From: Spartobacteria bacterium UBA695
Lineage (GTDB): Bacteria > Verrucomicrobiota > Verrucomicrobiia > Chthoniobacterales > Chthoniobacteraceae
DNA: 24,000 nt
Direction of reading: 5' to 3'
Assembly: GCA_002298145.1 (NCBI GenBank)
Contig: DBMP01000015.1
Coordinates: 276,702 to 300,701, forward strand
The notes beneath the pieces were generated by a model, which did not search any database, had not been told where the DNA came from, and saw nothing but the letters and a program-made list of their open reading frames with translations. Positions 9,210-16,699 of the stretch are shown here, piece after piece. Within the stretch, counting starts at the first letter, position 1, and the number at the start of each line of letters is the position of its first letter. Both the position numbers and the translations under genes were made by a program.

Positions 9210-10241
9210 ATGAAACGGCCCACCCTCCGGGACATCGCGGCGCTTGCACATGTCACCCACGTCACGGTTTCAATGGCGCTGCGGAAGCATCCGAACATCC
9301 CCGTGGCAACCCGGGAGAAGATCGAAAAAATCGCCAAGGAAATCGGCTACCATCCAGACCCCGCGCTGTCGGCTTTGATGATTTACCGGCGGGGAGCCAA
9401 GGCCTCCCGCTACCAGGCAACCCTGGCCTGGATCGACACCAGCCGACGAACACGCTCGGCTACGGGCGACACCTTCATTAGCCGCGTCTTTCTGGGCGCC
9501 CGGGAGCGGAGTGAGGAACTCGGCTACCGGCTCGAAGAATTCCGCACAAACGAGATGGATGTGAGCTTCGACCGGCTTTCGAAGATTCTCTACTCCAGGA
9601 ACATTCAAGGCGTGCTCTTCGCCCCCCACGATCAAGCCCACGCGCATATCAACTACCGAAGCTTCGACTGGGCCCGCTTTTCCGCCATCTCGTTTGGATT
9701 CAGCCTGGCGAGTCCCAAGCTCGATGTCATCGTCGATGCCCAATACCGCACCGCGCGCACGGCGGTAAGGCGCTTACGGGCGCTGGGTTATCGCAAAATT
9801 GGCTACGCCGCCTACCATGAGTTCGACGAGAGAACCGATGGCAACTTTTTAGGAGGTTTCCTCACCGAGCAGCTTCGCTCCCCGGTATCCAGCCGCATTC
9901 CTCCGCTGGCATGTCTAGGCAAAGACTTCGATAAAGAATGCCGCAAATGGTTCCGCCGCTACAAACCGGATGCCATCTTCGCACCCGTTCCCGATGTCGC
10001 CCGAGCCCTCAAGCCGGAGGAACTCAAAAAATGCGGTATCGCGATGAACAACCCCCCGGAGGATTTGGCTCACTATGCGGGCATCCGGCAGGATTACCGC
10101 ATCCTTGGGCAAATCGGCATTGATGAAGTCGTCGCCATGATCCACACCAACCGACGCGGAATCCCCACCATGCCCAAGCGCATCATGGTGGAGGGTTATT
10201 GGCAGGACGGCCCCTCCGCTCCCCGGGTTATTTTCCAATGA
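9210..10241 (+). CDS. LacI-family transcriptional regulator
   Basis: The N-terminal HTH MKRPTLRDIAALAHVTHVTVSMALRKHPNIPVATREKIEKIAKEIGYHPDPALSAL matches the LacI/GalR DNA-binding domain. The remainder is a periplasmic-binding-protein-like sugar-sensor fold. I place the start at the ATG at 9210 rather than the ORF-track ATG at 9180, which would add METGSRYICR. Confidence 0.9.
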   Translation: MKRPTLRDIAALAHVTHVTVSMALRKHPNIPVATREKIEKIAKEIGYHPDPALSALMIYRRGAKASRYQATLAWIDTSRRTRSATGDTFISRVFLGARERSEELGYRLEEFRTNEMDVSFDRLSKILYSRNIQGVLFAPHDQAHAHINYRSFDWARFSAISFGFSLASPKLDVIVDAQYRTARTAVRRLRALGYRKIGYAAYHEFDERTDGNFLGGFLTEQLRSPVSSRIPPLACLGKDFDKECRKWFRRYKPDAIFAPVPDVARALKPEELKKCGIAMNNPPEDLAHYAGIRQDYRILGQIGIDEVVAMIHTNRRGIPTMPKRIMVEGYWQDGPSAPRVIFQ

Positions 10242-10273
10242 AACAAACGTTCTCGTTGCAGCCGTTTTGTTTC
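10240..10273 (+). promoter_or_regulatory. Inverted repeat GAAACAAACG-13 nt-CGTTTTGTTTC overlapping the lacI stop codon; hairpin or operator candidate between the regulator and the pseudopilin cassette
   Basis: The arms are complementary apart from one extra T. The left arm contains an AACGTT core. No U-tract follows, so it is not a canonical intrinsic terminator. Confidence 0.25.
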
Positions 10274-10333
10274 GGTCGCATTAATTCAAACGTCACCCCC
10301 TGCTGTGTAGAGAGCAGTTGATCTTCACGTCGA

Positions 10334-11137
10334 ATGAAATCCCCCCGGTCACTTTCCAGTGCGTTGATTTATAGCGCGAGAGGCTTCTCGTTATTGGAGC
10401 TTTTGGCCGTGCTTGCCCTCGTCGCCATCCTCACCGCGCTGGTGGTTCCCGCTACCAGAGGGATGAAGGGCGCCCAGGACTTAACCGGCGCGGCCTACGC
10501 CATCCAGGGAGCTCTGGACCTGGCGCGCACCTATGCGATGGCCAACAATACCTATACATGGATCGGCTTTTTCGAGGAAGACAACGCCCACCCCTCGCAA
10601 ACTCCCGCACAGGCCGGTGTGGGACGCGTCGTCATCTGCGTCATCGCCTCGCGGGACGGGAGCTGCATCTATAACAAGACCACGGCGCAGGAGGATCCCC
10701 CGGCGGTCCAGAGCTTGCCCCCGGCTCGGTTGGTGCAAATCGGCAAACTCATCAAAATCCCCGGCGTCCATTTTTTTAACGCAACGGCCCAGGTGATCGG
10801 AAAACGCCAGGCGGGGATGATCGATGCGCAAAACCTCGTGGGCCTGAGTTCGCAGCCGTTGTTGTTCTCCTTTCAATACCCCCTTTCGAGCACCTCGGAA
10901 TACACCTTTGGAGTCCGGCCAGTACCATCGGCCAATGGCGTGCCAGTGGCCAACGGGGTAATCCAGTTTTCACCGAGGGGCGAAGCCATTTCCGACGCCG
11001 GTCCGATCACCTTTCCCTCCACCACCTTTGAAATCACCCTCCAAACCGCCCACGGCAATCAACCTGCCAATACCGCCAACGCCATTGCCCTGGATATCAA
11101 CGGCCTTACGGGGCAAACCACCATGTACCGTCCATGA
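10334..11137 (+). CDS. Prepilin-type N-terminal cleavage/methylation domain protein, GspH/FimT-like minor pseudopilin (candidate 'Verru_Chthon cassette protein D')
   Basis: Class III signal MKSPRSLSSALIYSARG|FSLLELLAVLALVAILTALVVPA, with Gly at -1, Phe at +1 and Glu at +5. 267 aa. The stop overlaps the next gene's start (ATGA at 11134-11137). Confidence 0.8.
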   Translation: MKSPRSLSSALIYSARGFSLLELLAVLALVAILTALVVPATRGMKGAQDLTGAAYAIQGALDLARTYAMANNTYTWIGFFEEDNAHPSQTPAQAGVGRVVICVIASRDGSCIYNKTTAQEDPPAVQSLPPARLVQIGKLIKIPGVHFFNATAQVIGKRQAGMIDAQNLVGLSSQPLLFSFQYPLSSTSEYTFGVRPVPSANGVPVANGVIQFSPRGEAISDAGPITFPSTTFEITLQTAHGNQPANTANAIALDINGLTGQTTMYRP

Positions 11138-11583
11138 AAACTCGCGATCGTAACCGCTCTGCCTTTTCGCTGGTGGAGGTCGTGCTGGCCTTGGGCATCG
11201 CCTCCTTTTCGATGGTGTCAATCCTCGGCTTGCTCCCCGTGGGGCTTAGCAACAGCCGCAGTTCGACCGCGCAGACCGGGGCGATGAATTTGATCACGGC
11301 CATTGCCGCCGACATTCGCTCCACACCATCAACAGCTTCAGCCTCTCCCCGGTATGCAATCCCCACCGGCGACACCACTAGCCAGACGTTCTATTTTGAC
11401 GAACAAGGGCACATCGCCACCGGCCTTCAAACCAGCTCCCGCTACAAAGCGCTAGTCCAAGCCATCTGGCAATCCTCCACCAACGCAACGATGCACCGGG
11501 TCACCGTGTCGTGGCCCGCGCAGGCAGAAGCCTCCACCATGGGCGGCTCGGTCGACGTAATGGTGTCGCTTGCCAGGAACTAG
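11134..11583 (+). CDS. Prepilin-type N-terminal domain protein, GspI/PilV-like minor pseudopilin (candidate 'Verru_Chthon cassette protein B')
   Basis: MKTRDRNRSA|FSLVEVVLALGIASFSMVSILGLLPVGL, with Phe at +1 and Glu at +5. 149 aa. Translationally coupled to the upstream gene. Confidence 0.8.
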   Translation: MKTRDRNRSAFSLVEVVLALGIASFSMVSILGLLPVGLSNSRSSTAQTGAMNLITAIAADIRSTPSTASASPRYAIPTGDTTSQTFYFDEQGHIATGLQTSSRYKALVQAIWQSSTNATMHRVTVSWPAQAEASTMGGSVDVMVSLARN

Positions 11584-11601
11584 TCCCACCACCACCCCGT
11601 C

Positions 11602-12717
11602 ATGGCGCATCCATCCCCTCCAATGACCGACAGCAGCCGCCGCTGCTCCCGTAGGGTTCATGCGGAGGGACTGGCGTTTACGTTGATCGAGATCATGGTG
11701 TCGGTCAGCATCCTGATCCTGATCGTCCTACTAGTGAACCAACTGGTCAACAGCGCCTCCATGACCACCCTCACCGCGAGCAAACGGATCGACTCCGACA
11801 ACCAGGCGCGCCTGATTTTCGCCAAGATGGCGGAAGACTTTGACGCCATGTATCGACGCGGCGACCTTCATTACTATTTCCTGAGCCAAAGCGGGAACGA
11901 CGCCTTTTACTTTTACTGCCAGGCCCCCGGCCACATTGCCCCTCAAGACGTTTCCGGCACGAGCGACGCCTCCCTCAACCATTCCTCCCTGGTCGGCTAC
12001 CGCGTCAGCGACAGGATCAGCGGCGGCAGCCGGGTGGAACTCGAACGGCTCGGACGCGGCTTGCACTGGGCTGATGGCGCGGGCCAGACCGGCACGGACG
12101 GCCACGCCACCTCGGTACTTCATCTGCCGTGGCTGATCAAAAACGCCTTCTCCGAAGCCCTGGCCGACGCCCATAACAACTCCTCCAATCCCTACGGCAA
12201 CACCTCCACCAGCGCGCCGCAGTGGGATGTTATTGGGGACCAAGTCTTCCGGATGAAGTTTTGCTTTTTGCTTACCGACGGAAGCTTCAGCCTCACGCCC
12301 ATACTGAGCAATACCGCCACCCTCAATAACCTGACGGCCACCGCCGCGCCCGGCACCGGCAACGACTCCGCGGCGGGATACTCCGTGGGCTCCCGTTGGT
12401 ACGACACCTCCGCCAGCGTCGCCTACACCTGCATCAACGCCGCGCCAAACACCGCACTGTGGGCGCCCTCGGGGCTTCAGGACGTCAAGGCCGTGGTCGT
12501 CACCCTTGCGCTCATGGACTCCAAGAGCCGCACCACCACCACGGTCAGCGCCATCCAAAAGGCCATATCCAGTATGCGCGACGCCACCCCGGGCCCCCAG
12601 GCAGCCACCTGGATGCCCCAGACCGACGATGCCGCAGCCATCGCCCGGAACTCCGGCTTGAGCCGCGCGGCAGCCTCTTCCATTCGCGTTTACGAACGCT
12701 TCTTTTACCTGCAATAG
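11602..12717 (+). CDS. Prepilin-type N-terminal domain protein, GspJ/PilW-like minor pseudopilin (candidate 'Verru_Chthon cassette protein C')
   Basis: ...RRVHAEGLA|FTLIEIMVSVSILILIVLLVNQLV, with Phe at +1 and Glu at +5. 371 aa from the ATG at 11602; an alternative in-frame ATG lies at 11623. The leader is unusually long (25 aa from 11602). The gene starts 18 nt after the previous stop. Confidence 0.75.
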   Translation: MAHPSPPMTDSSRRCSRRVHAEGLAFTLIEIMVSVSILILIVLLVNQLVNSASMTTLTASKRIDSDNQARLIFAKMAEDFDAMYRRGDLHYYFLSQSGNDAFYFYCQAPGHIAPQDVSGTSDASLNHSSLVGYRVSDRISGGSRVELERLGRGLHWADGAGQTGTDGHATSVLHLPWLIKNAFSEALADAHNNSSNPYGNTSTSAPQWDVIGDQVFRMKFCFLLTDGSFSLTPILSNTATLNNLTATAAPGTGNDSAAGYSVGSRWYDTSASVAYTCINAAPNTALWAPSGLQDVKAVVVTLALMDSKSRTTTTVSAIQKAISSMRDATPGPQAATWMPQTDDAAAIARNSGLSRAAASSIRVYERFFYLQ

Positions 12718-12725
12718 CCCCGCCC

Positions 12726-15700
12726 ATGCTCCCCCCCATCCATAACCGCCCCCAAGGCCGCGCCCCCCAGGGAGCCGCGCTGGTGCTGGTTCTCTGCTTT
12801 GCCGTATTGGTCGCGGGGCTTGCGGTGGCCTTTTTTTCCCGGGCCAGCACGGAGCGCCAGGCCTCCAACGCCAGCGCCAATGGGACCAAGGTGGAGCTGC
12901 TAGCCGACGCCGCCCTGAACGTCATCGTCGATGACCTCAAAGAAGAGATCATCAATAACTCCACCACCAGCGGCACCGGCTCCAACGTCCTCTACATCCC
13001 CAAGGCGGGCGCCAACGCCGTGCCCCAGCGTCAGGCGGCCATCGCATCGGGCCCCCTCGCCAACCTGCTCCGCATCAGCAGTCACACCGATGCGGGCACC
13101 CGCGCCGCCGCCCTCCTTTCCACGGGCACCTCCTATAACGGCCGCTCCGTAAGCCTCCCTCGCTGGAACCTGCACTACCTGCTCCCCCTCAAAACCAGCG
13201 GCACCTCCAGCAGCACCTTGGGCGACTCCACCCCGGCCTCCGCATTCACCGCCCCGGACTGGGTCATCCTCACTCGTAACGGCCCCACCGCATCAGCCTC
13301 TGTCCGGACGCTCTCCAGCGCCACCAACGCCAACTACGCCATCGGGCGCTATGCCTATGCGATCTACGACGAAGGGGGCCTTTTGGACATCAACTCGGCG
13401 GGCTACCCCTCTTCCTCCACCGGAACCCAATCCGGCCCCAAAGGCGGCCTCGCCTACGCCGACCTCACACAACTAACCGACGGCTCCGGCACCCCGCTGC
13501 TCACCCAAACGCAGATCGACCAGATCGTGGGCTGGCGCAACTACGCCACCGCCCAACCCTCGGGAACCTTCCCGAACTACACCTTCGACACCGCCGGAGC
13601 AGCCCGCTACCAGACCCTGGCCATCTCCAGCAGCTCCAACCCGCTCTACGTCTCCGGCTCCAGCTACAACGGCAACACCGACCACACCATCCTGAACCGC
13701 CAGCAGCTCATCAAACTACTGCAAAGCATCGGCTCCACCCCGGCGGAGAAAATCAATCTCCAAAACGCCCTGCAATACCTCGGCACCTTCTCGCGCGAAG
13801 TCAACGGCCCCACCTTCTCCGGCACCGGAGCCGACACCAGCGACTACAACCCGCCCCACATTTTCGACGTCAAAGTATCCGGAACATTCACGCGCAACGA
13901 CGGCAGCATCGCCACCAAGGGAGAGCCGCTGGTGAAAAACCGCTTCCCGCTTGAGAAACTGGCCCTTCTGGAAAAAATGCGGGGCATCCCGTTGGGCACC
14001 AGCACCCTTAGCGCCAGCGATATCGACGACATCGCCCGGTATTTCGGCCTCGACCCGGTGAGCGACTCCAACGGCTGCTACCGCCACTGGAGCTACCCCA
14101 CCACCAGCCCCAAATATAAACACCCGGACCCGAACGGCATCATGTCGCTTGCCAGCGTGGCTGCCCAAAATCGCGAACCCGATTTCTTCGAAATGCTCCA
14201 GGCCGCCCTTGCCCAGGGCTCGCTGGGGAAAGGAAACGTCCGGGGCGATTTACTCAACGGCTCCTACTCCCTCACCAGCTCCCCGGCCTTTGTGGACCCG
14301 GATGCCCGAGTCACTTTGCAAACCCTCCGCATCGGGGCCAACCTCATTGATCAGTGGGACACAGACAATTACCCCACCACCATCACGGCAACCTCCACGG
14401 GCGATAGCGTCTACGGCATCGAAGACCTCCCCTACCTCAACGAATTCCTCTTCCGTTTCATCGGCAACGGCAGCACCGCAACCAGCTCCACCTACGCCGC
14501 CTGCATCGCCTTCGAGTTGTGGAATCCCCATCAACTCCTCGCCTCCAACACCGGCACCTATCCCGCCGAGCTTCAAATATCGCCCCTCAACATCCCAAGC
14601 AGCGCCGCCCTCTCAGACTACTACCGCATCGGCGTCATCGCCACGGATTCCAATAATACCAAGAGCTATTGGTACTACAACGGCACCACCCAGCAATGGG
14701 TCACCTCCTACCCGATGAACCGCTTTTCCAATGCCCTGAACCAAGGCATCATCGGCCCCTTCACGACCACGCAGACCGACTTCCGCGAACCGGCCCTCAG
14801 CTCCACGCTCGTGCTCAACACCCCCATCAGTCTTCCCGCCGATTCCGTAACCAGTGGAACGTCGATCTGGTCGCAAGCCGTATCCCGAGGCACCGGAAGT
14901 TTAACCCTCTACGTTTCCCTCGTTTATCGCCTCCAATATCGAGACGCGAACGGCACCTTCCGGACCTATGGCACCTTCGTCGGGCAAGACAACGCCGCCG
15001 CCACCCTTCCCGGCACCGGCTATCAACAGTTCTCCTGGATCGGATTCAATACCGCAGCCCAATCCTCCGGATGGTATTCCTGCCCCAAGGCGGACCCCCG
15101 CACCTACCGTTTTGGCACGGGGTATAACGACAACTTCTCCGCTAGCTTCGCGGGCAAAAGCCTGACGCCCAGCGCCTCCGACATCCAGGGCCCCATCCGC
15201 GAGATATTGCCCTTCAGCGGCGGCAACTCCCTCCCAAAGCCCTATCGGGTTGACCTCTGGGCCGTCAACGACCCCGCCGATCCCAATGGCGGCCCCCCCG
15301 CCACCAACATAGCGAAACCCTACTACCCCGATAAAGATAACCAAACAAGACCCGGCGACGCCCTCTACTCCTACACCGCCATCCCATCCATCAGCCCCCT
15401 CTATGATGCCAGCCACGGAGGACCAGCGGCGCGGCCGGTCATCCTCAACCGCCCTTTCCGCTCCATCGGCGAACTCGGCTACGTCTTCCGCGACATGCCG
15501 TGGAAAACCCTCGACCTTTTTTCCAAATACAGTGCCGACGCAGCATTACTCGATCTGTTCTCCCTCCACGGCAGCCAGCCCCTCCTGGCCGGTCGCCTGA
15601 ACCCCAATACCCGCCAGAAAAACGTCCTCGCCGCCCTCCTCACCGGCGCCACCCAGGCCAGCGGCACCGCGAGCAACGTCACCGCCGCAAACGCCACCAG

Positions 15701-16034
15701 CGTCGCCAACGCCATCATCGCCCTCAGCTCTGACACCGCGTTTGCAAACCGCACGGAACTAGTCACCCGGCTGATGGCCGACTCCGCCATTGGAAACATC
15801 TCAACCATCAAAACAGAGCGGGAATCCGTCGTACGCGCCCTGGCCGACTGCGCCAACACCCGCACCTGGAATTTGCTGATCGATCTCGTCACCCAAGTTG
15901 GGAAATACCCGCCCACGGCAACCTCCCTGGATCAATTCATCGTTGAGGGAGAGCGCCATTATTGGCTCCACGTAGCCATCGACCGCTACACCGGCCGCGT
16001 CGTCGATAAACAACTAGAAGTCGTCCGCGAATGA
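12726..16034 (+). CDS. Giant GspK/PilX-like pseudopilin-family protein, 1102 aa (candidate 'Verru_Chthon cassette protein A')
   Basis: I start it at the ATG at 12726, 8 nt after the gene C stop: MLPPIHNRPQGRAPQGAALVLVLCFAVLVAGLAVAFFSRA. This is a hydrophobic pilin-like N-terminus lacking Glu+5, as in GspK/PilX. The internal IYDEGGLLDINSAG and C-terminal GRLNPNTRQKNVLAALLTGA resemble GspK D-x-x-G-x-x-N-x-N and N-x-NTA...L motifs. The ORF-track start at 12396 would overlap gene C out of frame and encodes Arg/His-rich junk. Confidence 0.7.
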   Translation: MLPPIHNRPQGRAPQGAALVLVLCFAVLVAGLAVAFFSRASTERQASNASANGTKVELLADAALNVIVDDLKEEIINNSTTSGTGSNVLYIPKAGANAVPQRQAAIASGPLANLLRISSHTDAGTRAAALLSTGTSYNGRSVSLPRWNLHYLLPLKTSGTSSSTLGDSTPASAFTAPDWVILTRNGPTASASVRTLSSATNANYAIGRYAYAIYDEGGLLDINSAGYPSSSTGTQSGPKGGLAYADLTQLTDGSGTPLLTQTQIDQIVGWRNYATAQPSGTFPNYTFDTAGAARYQTLAISSSSNPLYVSGSSYNGNTDHTILNRQQLIKLLQSIGSTPAEKINLQNALQYLGTFSREVNGPTFSGTGADTSDYNPPHIFDVKVSGTFTRNDGSIATKGEPLVKNRFPLEKLALLEKMRGIPLGTSTLSASDIDDIARYFGLDPVSDSNGCYRHWSYPTTSPKYKHPDPNGIMSLASVAAQNREPDFFEMLQAALAQGSLGKGNVRGDLLNGSYSLTSSPAFVDPDARVTLQTLRIGANLIDQWDTDNYPTTITATSTGDSVYGIEDLPYLNEFLFRFIGNGSTATSSTYAACIAFELWNPHQLLASNTGTYPAELQISPLNIPSSAALSDYYRIGVIATDSNNTKSYWYYNGTTQQWVTSYPMNRFSNALNQGIIGPFTTTQTDFREPALSSTLVLNTPISLPADSVTSGTSIWSQAVSRGTGSLTLYVSLVYRLQYRDANGTFRTYGTFVGQDNAAATLPGTGYQQFSWIGFNTAAQSSGWYSCPKADPRTYRFGTGYNDNFSASFAGKSLTPSASDIQGPIREILPFSGGNSLPKPYRVDLWAVNDPADPNGGPPATNIAKPYYPDKDNQTRPGDALYSYTAIPSISPLYDASHGGPAARPVILNRPFRSIGELGYVFRDMPWKTLDLFSKYSADAALLDLFSLHGSQPLLAGRLNPNTRQKNVLAALLTGATQASGTASNVTAANATSVANAIIALSSDTAFANRTELVTRLMADSAIGNISTIKTERESVVRALADCANTRTWNLLIDLVTQVGKYPPTATSLDQFIVEGERHYWLHVAIDRYTGRVVDKQLEVVRE

Positions 16035-16699
16035 AAGCGCTCCGTATCCTCACCCCGTTTCTGACGCTCCTTCTGTTTGCAGGGATCCCGCCCATCCGCG
16101 CACAAGATCGCGAACTACCAGCGCCAAAGCCCCCCTACATTGCCCCCCTTCCTCACGACGGGCACTGGCTGATCACCCTAAAGCGAGCCGAGCCAGACCC
16201 CGCACAAAGCATTTCAGACAAGCGAGCCCGAACCGTCACCCCCGAGCCGATTCCCACAGCGATCGACACCCTCAAAACCGGCGACACCAAACGCATCACC
16301 CTCACCTTCAGGGACGGCACAGCACAGCAGATCCATCAAGTCCGGGGATACATCCTGACAACAGCCGCCGAAGGCCCCCAGATCTCAACCGCCACGCCAG
16401 GCGCTCCGCCCTATCCGTTTTACACCACGGCCTTCCTTTTCGTCGAAAACATCGGGCCCTCAACCTTCAAAGGCGTAGCATCCATCCAGGGAAAAGAGTG
16501 TTTCTATTACCGGACTGGAACCACCGAAGCATGGATCGACATCGACTCCATGCTCCCCATCGCAAGCAAAGCCGAGGGAATCATCGCCCATTTCCAATTC
16601 CTCCCGCCGCCCACCACCCCCATTGCCCTGCCGCCAGAGGAAGCATCGATTCTCAACCAGCAGGAAAGAGCCCACACCGCCGCCAGCTTAATGCGATAA
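16031..16699 (+). CDS. Secreted protein of unknown function (222 aa), translationally coupled to the giant pseudopilin-like gene
   Basis: ATGA start/stop overlap at 16031-16034. Sec signal peptide MKALRILTPFLTLLLFAGIPPIRA|QD. The mature part is Pro-rich and then beta-rich. It has no pilin-like N-terminus and I recognise no family. Confidence 0.7.
   Translation: MKALRILTPFLTLLLFAGIPPIRAQDRELPAPKPPYIAPLPHDGHWLITLKRAEPDPAQSISDKRARTVTPEPIPTAIDTLKTGDTKRITLTFRDGTAQQIHQVRGYILTTAAEGPQISTATPGAPPYPFYTTAFLFVENIGPSTFKGVASIQGKECFYYRTGTTEAWIDIDSMLPIASKAEGIIAHFQFLPPPTTPIALPPEEASILNQQERAHTAASLMR

Noticed and set aside
11731-12714. 327-aa minus-strand ORF
   Set aside because: Antisense shadow of the gene C pseudopilin. 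The product is Gly/Ala/Val/Arg-rich, as expected for the reverse frame of G+C-rich coding DNA.
12396-12725. Upstream extension of the 1212-aa ORF (start at 12396) overlapping the 3' end of the gene C pseudopilin
   Set aside because: The extra 110 residues (MVRHLRQRRLHLHQRRAKHRTVG...) are Arg/His/Pro-rich junk read out of frame over gene C. A proper ATG with a pilin-like hydrophobic N-terminus sits at 12726, 8 nt after the gene C stop.
12726-16034. Apparent abundance of N-x-S/T sequons in the giant pseudopilin-like protein (possible glycosylation signal)
   Set aside because: I counted about 16 sequons by hand. That is roughly what the Asn and Ser/Thr richness of the protein predicts by chance, so there is no evidence of enrichment.
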